A DNA stretch of 64,000 bases from positions 8,246,001-8,310,000 of the forward strand of contig CM102289.1 in NCBI GenBank assembly GCA_046563655.1. Reading direction: 5' to 3'. The translations under genes were made by a program, and so were the position numbers. Shown in pieces: positions 51,825-64,000 of this stretch. A model generated the notes under the pieces. The model worked only from the letters and a program-made list of their open reading frames with translations. It searched no databases and was not told the DNA's origin. The number at the start of each line of letters is the position of its first letter. The stretch's first letter is position 1. Origin of the DNA: Yuukianura sp. NJ FZ-2021 (Eukaryota).

Positions 51825-53463
51825 ATGTTGGTGTATAAAACACAAAGGATAGTCAAGATTCCTAGTCGCTGTTTGGCCATCACTTACTACTTTATAGTCT
51901 TTGCAGTAATTGTGTACATTGGTGGGTAAGGTAACCCATTAATAAGGGTTAACATATGATATGTTATGAGCACTTATACAACTAATCGGAAACTTTTAAT
52001 TACCACAGGTATGCTTTGGGATTCTCGAAGGCCTACCAAACTCGATGTCCACCAGAATCCGTTGTGGTGACGAAAGTGAAAGGAGTAATTCGGACGACAT
52101 TCACTGACAAAGAACTAGCAATTCCAAATCCACAATTCTACAGACGTGTTTGGGATGCCAGTGACATTGTCGTACCAGCGCTCGGGGGAGAGTTTGGAGG
52201 TTTTTTCATTCTTACCAATGTCATCATTACCCCAAACCAAACCAGGGGGATTTGCGCAGAAGTAAGGCACCTAATGCATATCGTCAATTCAGGACAGTAT
52301 TTCCGGGTATGATATTGTGTAAAAGTTGTTTTGTATTTGTAGGACCAGAATGTCACGCGTGCCTTATGTGCGGCTGACAAGGATTGTCCGGCCGGGCGTA
52401 GCCTGCAGTTGGGAAATGGGGTCATGACCGGGAAGTGTGTCACCAGTGACAAGAATGTCCATATCAAAACATGCGAGATTGAAGCATGGTGCCCAATCCA
52501 GCAACGTCGCTTACCTCTGTAACACTCAACACTTACTTCTAAACCTAAAACCATAAACTGAAACTACGAATGAATTGAATCTAAAGTTTTACTTTTTATA
52601 TAGTGAGTCATCCAACACTCCGTTGCTTCTTGGGACACAAGACTTCACTGTACTGATCAAGAATTCAATAGAATTTCCTGAATTTGGACCATCCTACAAG
52701 CGTAGAAACATTTTAGACTCTGCAACCAACGAGTACTTGCAACAGTGTCTTTATAACGAAAAGACAGACCCGTATTGTCCAACATTCCGAATTGGCGATA
52801 TTGTGAAAGCTGCTAAAGAAGACTACAAAACCGTTGGGCGAACGGGTGCCGTATTTGGGATTCAGATTAAGTGGGATTGTAGTTTCGACTGGGGAAAAAC
52901 CATTAAAAATTGTCTTCCCAAGTATTCCTTCTCCAGACTGGATAATCCTCACGCCCAAATCTCACCGGGTTTTAACTTTAGGTAATTCAAATAAATTATG
53001 CTGCCAATTTGCTGTAACTAACCGTCCTAAAACGTAAAGTTGAATGTTTCGTTTTAGATCCGCGGTGTATCACGAAGAAAATCGTCGTACACTCACTCAA
53101 AATTTTGGACTCAAATTCTTGCTTGAAGTTGAAGGTGAAGGAAGGAGATTCGACTCGTTCAAATTCGTCCTAGCAATTGGTGCCAGCATGGGGCTATTTG
53201 CAATCGTAAGTGAACTCAACATTTTTAGTTGTGGCAGCATTCTTGTAATTCGTTGTGCAATTTCTCCGCGACAGGCATCTTCTGTGTGTGATAAACTGAT
53301 GCGTCTGATGTCTATGCTGAAGAAACGTTATGATCCTAAGTGGTTGAGAGATTTCAGTGAAGAAATGAAGTATGACCTTAGCCATGTCCAGTGTGCCAAA
53401 AACAAGAAAATTGCAAAAGGTGCTACGCACCTCGGTGAAGAAGTGCAGACAATGCAAGTTTAG
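51825..53463 (+). CDS. P2X purinoceptor-family ion channel; 6 coding exons
   Basis: N-terminal YKTQR (YxTxK/R); TM1; VVTKVKG; RVWDASD; FFILTN...TPNQTRGICAE; ten ectodomain cysteines; FTVLIKNSIEFP; DPYCPTFRIGDI; CLPKYSFSRLD; SPGFNFR; TM2 GASMGLFAIASSVCD. Confidence 0.95.
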
Positions 53464-53556
53464 TCCACCATCCATGTTTCCATGTCAACCATGGACGTTT
53501 GACCTCCTTTGTGCTCAATGAAATCTTTAGATTTGGATGGTATCATATCGAATACT

Positions 53557-55435
53557 TCATGTCAAGGATTCTTTTAATCTTCGTATAGACTCGTCTTTTC
53601 CTAACAAATTAACAATTTCGGCAATCGGAGGTCCAACCTTTAAAAGAAACAGGAAGTTGAGATTACCAATATACTCCGAGGATATGTTTTTAGATTTTAA
53701 ATAAACTGACCTCGATCCCGCACAAACTTTTCCGTAAAACGTTCATCAACGTTTTGATTGGAACTTGATTTTCTGCACATAGCTTTTTGAAGTCGGAATG
53801 GTTTACTGGAAGAACTGATTGCTGTACCATGGGTAATGTAAGAGTAATAAGCTTTCTGTCTTCTTCAAGGTTCGCCTTATATGATTTAAAATCTTTCGAT
53901 AGAAAAGGAAACTCATTGGTCAGGTCAGCAAGTTTTGTTATCCTTTGTGGACACCACTTCAGAATTCGTTCGTAGTATTCATCAGTTTCACCAGGCAGCC
54001 ATTGACGAAGGACTTCCATACTAGACTCAGCGGAACTTCTCAAACACAGCTGATTTAAATGCTCCAAAAATGTAAAGTCCAATTTGTTATTGGATTTGGA
54101 GTATGATTCGAGCTCAAACTAAAATATAACATGAGGTTAGTTTAAGTTCTAAGTTAATTAAAGTGATACGCTTACCCTTGAGCAGATTTCTTCCATGGTT
54201 TCAATATGCTGCCGGTTACCCATCACAAAATTGACTAGGGCTTCTGGAAAATAGTTTTTGCTACGGTAGTAGTCAATACTTATGTCACTTTGTCGTTTAC
54301 TCAGCTTCGATCCGTCACGATTTAGTATAAGTGGCAAGTGAGCAAAGGCGGGCGGTTCATAACCAAGCGATCTAGAATAAAAATCAGAAACAAAATATGA
54401 AATTCGGACATTTAGTTAAATGCATCACCTAAAGTGTGTGAATATTGAATTCAAAGTTACCGATAGAGTGCCACATGTTTCCCTGTCGAAATTTGCCACT
54501 CGAATCCACGCAGTACGTGGGTTATTTCCATGAAGTGGTCGTCCACAACAGAAGCCAAGTGATACGTTGGGAAACCGTCGGACTTCAATATTACAAAATC
54601 ACCTTGCTCCTCTTCCAGAACAATCGGACCGTAGATGACATCGTTGAACTTGTGCGGAGGAGGGGGAAGCTGAAACGTTAAGATAAATAAATTAGATCAA
54701 CATCGACAGACGAGAGATCAGGCTAGAAAGGTGATTGATACCTTAAATCGAATACAACCGACTTCCCCACTCTCAGTTCTGCGTCTAACTTCAGCCTCAC
54801 TCATAGATCTGCATTTTCCGTCGTACTTGGTTGGTTGTCCACGTCGAGCTGCGTCTTTCCGCAAAAGCTCAAGACGTGTCTCCGTGCAGAAACAATGGTA
54901 AGCAGCACCAGAATCTACTAATCGCTGTGCTTCCCGTTTGTAAATATGAGTTCGTTCTGATTGCGTGTAAGGCCCGTAATGGCCTCCCTTCAGCGGAGAT
55001 TCTGTTGGAGGTATTTTGAGCCAGATCAAGTCCTCCTACACACAAGAAAAAAACAAACGATGATGACATATCAGTTACCAAATTGCTTGAAGTTACTTCT
55101 ACTTCTAGTTAACCTCGAGTTTTTGCGATGCTCCAGTTATCGCACGTTGTTGATCAGTATCTTCAATTCGTAGAATGAAATCACCCGAATGTTTCTTTGC
55201 AAAAATGTAGTTCAGCAACGCCGTTCGAAACCCTCCGAGATGAAGACTTCCTAAAAATAAATACAATTTAGAAGCTTTAGAAATCAATTACCTTAACTGG
55301 AATCGCAAAAACGATATTCGGTTTTTACTGTTTACCTGTTGGACTTGGTGCAAACCGGACGCGAACCGAATAGCATCGATTTGTAATGGAGGATACTTTT
55401 GTACTTGGTAGACCCCATACCCTCATGCATAACAT
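53557..55435 (-). CDS. EARS2: Mitochondrial glutamyl-tRNA synthetase, multi-exon
   Basis: Transit-like N-terminus, then [79 protein letters not shown]. Confidence 0.96.
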
Positions 55436-55590
55436 GTTACATTTGCAATACACAGTAATTATAATGAAAATTACTAATTAATTGTACCAATTAATTACGA
55501 ACTAACCAGTGACAAATTAGGTAGGAAAACACAGTGAAAATTTTTTTATCATTTTGATGTTACAGTTTTGTTGACTTTTTTGAAAAGTTT

Positions 55591-55654
55591 TCTCCCGCCA
55601 AATATTTGAAATCGAAAACTTTTTGCCACGCTTCAAGTCCCGCTGTTATCGATA
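55591..55654. promoter_or_regulatory. E2F-like site and DRE element upstream of EARS2
   Basis: TCCCGCCAAA (TTTGGCGGGA on the - strand) near 55593-55602 and TATCGATA at 55647-55654, about 160-220 nt upstream of the EARS2 ATG. Confidence 0.5.
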
Positions 55655-56429
55655 TCAAATTAGAATTAGATTTCGAAAATCAAAAAAAAAATCCCAAAAC
55701 TTAAAACCTCACTGATTCCTTAAATTTTCTGTACTAGTTCGATTAATGTGAGTAATTAAGTTGCACAATGTGCAGATATTCTAAAAATCGACTGATTTTT
55801 CCGTTGACGTTGCAAACATCTTCGACAATCATGTACGAATTTCAACTTTTATTACGGTTATCTTAAGATATAAAATTATGAAAATTTTCGACTGCCATTG
55901 TTGTACTTCAAAACTTAAAATTAAAAATGGAAATTACTACAAATTAGGTGATGCGCCTAAGAAGAAAACGGGCAAACCAGCGCAAAGGTCAGGTCAAGTG
56001 CGACCTTGCTGACAACTTAAAATAAATGGAGAAATGACACTTTTTCGAGTTACACGATTTTTGACAGAAATCATGCGACGCCGTCTGCTTTCTCTTTTCT
56101 TGCATGAGTGATAACTATTTTTTTGGAAAAAAATAAAGAAATTAAAAGTAAGTGTCACTTGACGTTCCATAGAAAAGTTAGCGTTCTTTAAAGTTTAAAG
56201 TAAACTTTATCTTTATTATTTTGCCATGAACTGACAAACAGGTTATCACTGCTCCAGTACTAACTACGGACAATCAATCCTGGAAGATGACCGCTACTAG
56301 AAAAGCTCCGGTTAGATTTAGAAATGTGGACAGAACGCCCTGTCACATCCAGTTTCAATCTTGGTGGAAGTTGACCTGTCACACTTACGTGCTTAATCTT
56401 CAAATTCCTCAATTTACAAACATAAGACC

Positions 56430-59400
56430 ATGGTGTCGATAGGTTATTGTTCAGTGACTATGAATTTACCGAAAACCGGAAGAATTTTTATTGTTCTCGG
56501 TTTGCTGTTTTTGTTTTTCGGGTTTTTTACTGGAGTAGTTGTTCCAAAATTTGTTCAAATCAAAATAACAGAGGCAAGTTCCAAAAATATTTCGCTTTCA
56601 TTTTATGCTTTTTTTGGTGCCACTATTTAAAAAATATTTCTTTCTGAATTTCTTAGTCTTACGCAATTCATAGGTTCCAAATTAGAAACCGAATTAGAAT
56701 TTTGAATTGGGGTTGGCTGTTTAAAATTGTTGAAAATGAAAATTGTAAAATTGAACTTTTGCAAGGCTCAGCATTTCCAAAACTATGTACAAAACTATGT
56801 ATTTTTTTACTAATTTATGCTACATATTGAAAACAAAAATTTTGATGTTATGTTTTTGTTAAATTTGGATACTCAATTAGCACATACGTAAACTACAACT
56901 TGTAATATCAAAGCAAGCGGTTTACGCAATACCTTAACGTCTCGTAGTATTACGAAAACCTTACACAATGCACTCCTTTGTGTCGTTTCATAATTTGCTA
57001 AATTTTGTTTAATAACTTTGGCCTCATGCGTCCTAAACTCGTCATTAGCGTAACCTTAAAATTCCCACATGACCCCGTCGTGACCTTTGTCAGTTGTAAA
57101 GTCAGTCGCAAAAGCATCCTAAAATCAACTCAGCGTCGGCGCCAGTAGACTGTTTAGAGCTACATGATTTTAGATTAATCAAATGGCGTTACATTAACCT
57201 CCACCTCCAGAAAAAAATTTTTGTATATGGAAAGATTTTTATGCTGAAATAGGTTATTTAACTCCTTTTTTCTAATTTTGCCAAGGTCAATCTTACAATT
57301 TCCAAAAAGTTATGCAACCTAATGTCTGGAGAAAATTTTGATCGTTCTTTACCCTTGTCTTGGACATTAGTATTTTACACTCACTAAAATTTACCAAAAA
57401 TTTTAAATTTTATGTCATTTTGTGTTTAATTTATTTTAGCAAACACGGCTAGAGAACAATTCGGAGACATTTTTGAAATGGAAAAGTCCCGATCTCCCAA
57501 TTTTCATTCGTTTTTACTTTTACAATTTAACAAATCCCAACGATGTTTTGTATGGAGAGAGGCCTGTGTTCCAGGAAGTTGGACCGATTGTTTACCAGTG
57601 AGTGTTTGGAACCTGATACAAACATATCTTCAGTTCCAAATTATTATCTTGTACTTTTACTTAAAAATTGTCTTGTTTTGAAGAGAACGGAGACTAAAGG
57701 CAGTGGACGATATCGACACGGAAGAAGACACTGTCACTTTTCGACAATCCATAACTTACAAATATAGGCCTGACTTATCCAAACTAACAGAACAAGATGC
57801 CATTACGACACTCAACATTCCACTTGTGGTACAAAAATGAAAAATCATAAAATTTCAAGAAAAAAAAAACAAAATTAACTTAAAATCAGATCTCCCATCT
57901 CAGGATTTAGGCTCATTTCAACAGTTGTACAAATCAAAATTTTGAACTCTTCACAAAAATAGACCAAATGTTATGTTTTTAGGGAATTTCAAAAAAAGGA
58001 ATGTCAATGGGTCTAGACTCAGGAATCATGAGAGATTCTTTACATGAATACATGGATCGTAATCCAGGTCAAGTCACCGTTTTTGTTCAGAAGAAGGTCA
58101 ATGAACTCTTGTTTACTGGCTACTACGATGGTCTACTCGAAGACATGGCAAAATTGGCGGGAACAGAAATTTTTCCTAATCATACTTTTGGACTCTACGT
58201 TGGTGTGAGAATGCATCTAAAAAAATTAAAAAAAAAAAGAAACTAAAAAAGTATGGAATTTGCACTAGTTTTTACAAAGACATGATTTCTTTTTGTTCTG
58301 GATTTTTTTTCAGAAAAATGGAACTTGGAGTTCAACGTTAAAAATTGACGCAGGAGTGAAAGACTATAGAAATTTCGGAAAAATCGTTGAAGTTAATGGG
58401 ATCAAGGAAATGTCAGCCTGGAATGACGAATTTTGCAACCGGTTGAACGGCAGTGATGGTTCACTTTTCTCGCCGTTTGTAACCAAAGACAGAATTGTTC
58501 GAATTTTTAGTGAAGAAGGATGTCGCTCTGTGTTTATGACATTTAAAGAAGAAATTGATCATTTCGGAGTTCCCGCTTACCGGTTTCATCTCCCGCCAGA
58601 AATATGGGCGTCCGGAGCATCAAATCCGGATAATATGTGTTTTTGCTCAAATAAAGTCAATTGCCAGCGATCTGGTCTCATGGACATTGCGCCATGCCAG
58701 AAAGGTTACATCAATTTTTCCAAATTTGCAAAATTTGAAATTTTTTGAAACTTTTGGAAATTTTGATTCAGGAGCTCCAGTGTTTGCCTCACTTCCACAT
58801 TTTCTTTACGGGGATGAAGAATTGTGGAAAATCAATGGAACGCTACCTCCTTCAACCCTCAGGGATGAAACGTACTTGGACATTGAACCGGTAATGGAAT
58901 TAACTAACGTTGGCGCTTCGGAGATTAGATAAGGTTAAATGTAGTTAAAATTAACTAATTAACTTAACATTAAATTTAATTTGCAGAATACCGGCATGTT
59001 AGTCGGAGCCATGAAAAGATTTCAAGTCAACATCGACTTGTTTCCGAATTCAAGAGTTCGCGGATTTCGAAAAGTGCCCAGGATGATTTTTCCTGTTATA
59101 TGGGGTGAAGAGGTAAATATTTTGAAAAACAACTTGAAAATTTTGAAAATTGCTCAAGGTAAACATAACATCCGTTGTTTTTGCGACACATTTTTATTTT
59201 TCCGTTTTTTCGAAAAATAGTTTTTCATCTCGGACCAAAATCAAGCGGACAAGCTAAACCAGATGCTTCTTCGGCCGCTAAAACTTCTGAAAGTCCTCTG
59301 TGCAATGAGCTTAACAATTGGGTGTATGTTAATAATAGTAGGGAATGTCATTCTTTTCGTATTGCTAAAAAGTAGAACTGGCAATTCTGACAATCAAAAG

Positions 59401-59442
59401 CCAAGTACGAACCAAACAGTTCAAAATATTTCGAAACTTTAA
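56430..59442 (+). CDS. CD36/scavenger receptor class B family protein; about 8 exons, first intron GC-AG
   Basis: N-terminal TM; WKSPDLPIFIRFYFYNLTNP; FQEVGPIVY; VNELLFTGY; CNRLNGSDGSLFSP; GCRSV; NMCFC; SGLMDIAPC; GAPVFASLPHFLYGD; TYLDIEPNTG; RFQVN; IFPVIW; C-terminal TM. Confidence 0.95.
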
Positions 59443-59774
59443 TGAAAAAGTTGAAAAGTGCAATGACTTTTGACACAAATCTTACATGTGCCAACAGCTG
59501 GAGGTCAAGGTTTGACATACATAATCATTTGCTCAAATATCTCTTTGTACATTTTGATAAAAAAAACTGTTAAATTTTTGTTATGTTTGAAATATACTAC
59601 GTAAGACTTATACGACATGGTAAAAATTAATTTTGCTTTTTACTAAAATGGACTAACCCTTATAGATATATGTGGGACTACTCCACCCGGCTTACCAAGG
59701 AAAAACAAAAACTATACTAACGAAAATATCGTAAATCGTAAGTTTAAAATTTAATGCAAGGAAAACAAAAAATT

Positions 59775-61443
59775 TTAGCGGGAAGTTCGAAATCTGGCAA
59801 AGTCAAACGGACGCTTCCAGCACTTGCATGATCCGGGTATTAGAAACCAATCGTAGAACAGGCGTACTTGAAAACATCCAATTTCATCAACTCCGTCACA
59901 CTCTGACGGAATTTCTGGATTCTTCTGCGCATCTTCCTTACTATTTCTTGCTCCTGTTCTTTTTAACGTATTTCCAGAATTTACTGCAACTGGAAAAGAA
60001 GCATGTGGATAAAACATTTCTGCCACTAGGAGGCTCTGCCATCGGGGCGAAGTGAGACACGATCCCTCCATGAAGTGACACTGCACTTCAACGCACTTGG
60101 TAACCTCAACAGTTTGTGTAAAATAGCCTTCCCGCGGAATTTGAACGACGTATCTCCAGGCTCCTTCGTGGTTTCTAGCAAATACTGGCGTGAGATACTC
60201 GACTGAAGAAGTACAAGGTGTGGCTGGAGATGACACTGAATTTTCAGCGCTGATGCTGGCTGGAATGTCTTTGGATTCTGCAAACTGATAGTGTTCTGGT
60301 GCTTTTTGACTGGAGTGACCTTGACCTTGATTGACCTGAATTCGGTTGACCCCTTGACGATGCTGGTGGAGTTGCATTTGCTTTGCCGCTGCAGGTTTAG
60401 GTTTGCCCCACATCGCATTATACAAGTTGCAAATTCTTGAATTTTGAAAGAGAAAAGAGAAAGTAAAGCCGATTTCCAAATTCCAAACTTAGGATTTCGA
60501 AATTTTGTAAAGTTTTCAAAATTTCAGCTTACATTGAACCTTTCGGTTGTGCAGTACTGCAAAACCGGGATGCTGACATTGCTAAATTTTTCTGCCATTG
60601 CGCTTGTACCGATCTGGCTTGAAATGCGTTTTCGCTTGAATTTTGCAAAGCCAAAGTTAAATTCGCGCCATCGTGATTTTTGTCATTTACAGTAGAAGGC
60701 TCTAAAGTTGTCAACGTCGAGCGTTTGGAGCGATGATGCCTACTGTTCAAAAATTTCAAAAAATGAATTTTGAATTTTGAAAATTGAACTTTTTCAAGAT
60801 TTTGATTTGGTTTTACTTTTGATGATGTCGCAAATCATAGGGACTGTAGCGTGCTACTTTGGGAAGAGACTTGTCGTTTCTCAAGACCGGAAGAGCATGA
60901 CGAAAAAATTGCAAAGTTTTGTTCTTGATTAACTCACTGGCAAAAGTAAAACACATTGTGGTTAAAAAACTAATTTTAGTGTTGAGTTAATTCTATTGTC
61001 ATTTAATTGATGTCGTTGCTCACAATGGGTAGGATGAACCGTCATCTCCAAAGCCTTGGCCCAATGGATTCAAAGGCACTGTGCCTTTGTTCAAGTCTCC
61101 GCAGAGTGTGTCAACCCAATTCTCTCGCTGGTTGACGTCTTTCAAAACAAACAAAATAGAATACAAAAATAAAGTTATTGTCAAAATTTGCAATTTTGAA
61201 ATCAAAACAAACAGCGTGGGAGAATTTGAAATTTTTACCGGGACATCTTTGCAATGTGTCGACATAGGGCGGTGGACGTACTGTGGGTGGATTGGCATGT
61301 GGAAGTTGAATGAAGACGCCTTTGTGACTAACTTGGTCAAAACTGTTTCTTCTGTTCAATTTAGAATTTGAAAGTAGCGGGAAAGTGACCAGGAGTAGTA
61401 AAATCCGTGTGAATTGATCAATATTCAAAACAAGACGGCTCAT
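59775..61443 (-). CDS. spz6: Spaetzle-6 (Toll ligand / neurotrophin-like cystine-knot protein); about 5 coding exons
   Basis: CTSSVEYLTPVFARNHEGAWRYVVQIPREGYFTQTVEVTKC...CHFMEGSCLTSPRWQSLLVAE...CDGVDEIGCFQVRLFYDWFLIPGSCKCW matches the Spz6 subfamily. There is an N-terminal hydrophobic segment, LCGDLNKG.VP.NPLGQ, and a furin-like RSKR site. Confidence 0.93.
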
Positions 61444-64000
61444 CTTGAAAAAAAAAATCAAAATTTCTTATAGGTTGGACATGTTTCCAATAATTTGAAT
61501 AAACTTTTAACCTTAACACAGCTTTTTGAAAAGAGTTGAACAAATTAACGAAAATTAAAAATGTAGAACGGATCTGAAGATGAGTGGGAAAACAATGGAG
61601 CAAATCGAGGGTTTCAGGGGAAGTGAACTTGTACGTGTGCGAACTAAACTAAAAACTACACTCGTGTTTACCTACGTTCCTTCCGCACTAAATTTTTAAA
61701 CTGAAACTGAAAAACTTGAACAGGAAGTCAACAAACGCTTTCGTTTCTGTTCAAAATCCAGGACAGAGAAAGTGAATATTTCATTTTGGTGTCACTCACA
61801 ATGAAGAAGATTAATTGGCCAGTGAAAATTTGAATTAAATAAAGCAATTAGAAGGCGAACAATAACAAAGGTCAAAATAAGGAGAAGTGAGCATTTACGC
61901 CAAATGGAATCTCTCGTAATTACAAATTCACAATGAAAACAACTACAAAAAACGTTTTAATTTTACGCTCTAAAAAATTGATGCTCCTAAACTAAAACAG
62001 TGTTGAAGGCTTGACGGATTTATCGTGCAAATCACTTTTCCAAATCGAAAACAAAATCTAAATTAAAAACTCACCTAATTTTTTAACTAAATTAGTTTTC
62101 GAAGCAACTTTTAAAAAATACTCCAAAAAGATAAAACGATAGAAAATATATAATAAAAAATATATAAAGAAGAATATAATGCGAATACAAAAAATAATAC
62201 AAAAAATATATAAAAAATTCAATTGCCTGATGAAACTGAAACTGAATCCTTCTTGACTTACTTCTTTTCAAAAATATTTTAAATTACATTTGGTCTTCAA
62301 AATATACATGCATTGATGAATTAATTCTTGGCTGTTGCCTACCTTTCCAGCTACAGATGATGATCATGCACAAATTCCTGTACTATTTAGTTTCCGTTTT
62401 GTGTCGACCACATTAACTTTCACTTGATAACATTCAACGGAATATATATGCCACAATTTCTGGAAATACAAATGATTTTTTGCAAAACCAAGAATTTTTT
62501 GTCAGATTTTGTGCAACTTTGTATTTTGTAAGTTTGACGATGCAACTTTAGGATGCCACCGCCCACACACAACTACTAACACTAAAAGACGCCACCACCG
62601 CACCATCACCAGACTGGTTACAAGTCAAAAGGGTGCTAAACCTGCAAAGTCACTCAATCGTGTAATGTTGTTTTTAGTTGCAAACACAACCGAAACTGTA
62701 CAACAATGAAGATAAACTCATACTACTTCAAGCATAGTTTTGCTTAAGATTCATTCAGGAGTTCAAAATAACCAGAGTTTTCTTTTCTCCAATTTCCTTT
62801 TTAGTTTCTGTTTTTCTGTTTCCTTACTTTATTGGATGCTACTTAAAATTAAAAAGACTAAGCACTCCTACTTTATTCAACCCTTATTTTTCTTAAAACA
62901 CAATAAAATAGTTAGATTGAATTGGAAAAATTAATTTTCCTGTTACTTTCGAATGAAAATAGACTTTTTCCGTTTTAGATTGAGGAGAAAGTGACAGATG
63001 ATGGAGAGGATTGGTCCTTGGGCCATGAATTGAAGGGAAGGAGTCAGGGGAAGACAAGCGAAACTTGGAAAAACCCGGGAGAAGTCAAATGGAGGAAGAT
63101 GTTAGGCGTTAAATAGGAACCATTTTTTATTCTGTCTCCCGCCTTCTCCAAAACTCCCGGGCATCTCCAGGGATTCACGTCCAATTCAACAACAAGATGC
63201 CGTCGATTCCTCATTGTCTTCCCCAATGTTCCACAACATCTCGTTCACTCTCCAATTTCCTTAAGCTAAAGATCCAAATCTCCCGGGTCAGGGGTCACAT
63301 GACCTTCATTGACCAATCCTGAACGTCCTCAAGATTTAATATTAGCGCCAATTTTTAAATTTCAAAATCAATTGATGCGTTCAAATGTGTCCAAATTGCT
63401 TTTCAGAGGTTCAGATGCGGGTGTTTTGCGCAGAAGCAGAACGAATCTTGGCGTGTCAAGGGATGGGGGAGAAGAAAGCAGTTTGAGAACGCCAGGGAAT
63501 TGACGACATTGCATTTTTCCTATTATCCGGGAGGGTATTTAGCTTTACCAGCCTTACCATGGATGGCGGTTTGAAAACTCCCGGGTTTTTTGGCAGATTT
63601 TCGGACCTGGGAACCTGGTGCGGGAGAATTGAATCCAATATCCTCCCCCTTTCCAATTCCCATAAATAAATCTCTTTTATATAAATCGCTTTCCTTCCTC
63701 TTCGTCCATGGCCAACAAAAAAAGTGAAAAAAGAGAGTGATTGAGTAGCTTGTAAGAAGTTTTTTTGGAAAGGAATTTTCATTTCTTCGTTTTTTCTATT
63801 TTTGAAAAGCACAAACTCACACTACCGCTTTCACTTGATTCTAATCCGTCACTTTCTAAAAGACATCCAGCTTAGTAGTTCTGTCTCCGAGTTTTACGCG
63901 CGAAATTTCTACAAATTTGAAAAAAGCTGTTTGTAGCTTTCAATGACAGCAAAAATCTCCGCGTTGAAGATTGATTGCAGCGGTGCTTCATTTTTTAAAA

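Noticed and set aside
62979..63812. GC-richer patch with short ORFs upstream of spz6
   Set aside because: No recognisable protein and no consistent exon chain. More likely spz6 regulatory or UTR sequence; unresolved at the window edge.
1..64000. Prokaryotic systems (operons, CRISPR arrays, defence islands), rRNA or tRNA genes
   Set aside because: The sequence is intron-containing animal DNA. I saw no repeat-spacer array or recognisable structural RNA, though no covariance search was possible.

Overview
Eukaryotic, AT-rich, gene-dense DNA with short GT-AG introns (mostly about 55-110 nt). The gene content points to an arthropod. A non-insect hexapod such as a springtail is plausible (OBP-like gene, spz6, GMC oxidoreductase and a P2X receptor together), but this is inference only. 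I can support 19 protein-coding genes. In order: DCAF1/VprBP (5'-partial), ninjurin, an orphan secreted Pro/Lys/acidic protein, PIG-O, a divergent Ndc80, Bora, ICMT, U2A', a GMC oxidoreductase, a scramblase/tubby-like protein with a Pro-Gln-Tyr repeat tail, an OBP-like gene, an intronless bacterial-type GNAT acetyltransferase, an unknown 4-TM protein, then an ~11.6 kb gene-free stretch, a pyrokinin/PBAN-type GPCR, GGPP synthase, a P2X receptor, mitochondrial GluRS, a CD36/SR-B receptor and spaetzle-6. The most notable observations are: the GNAT as a probable domesticated bacterial gene with an altered acetyl-CoA loop; a P2X receptor lacking one canonical ATP-binding lysine; a divergent Ndc80 with a very long tail, next to Bora; three frame-supported GC-AG introns; and a 211-bp hAT-type MITE with a near-perfect 8-bp target-site duplication. 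All family assignments come from motif recognition, not database searches. Exon boundaries were inferred by eye.
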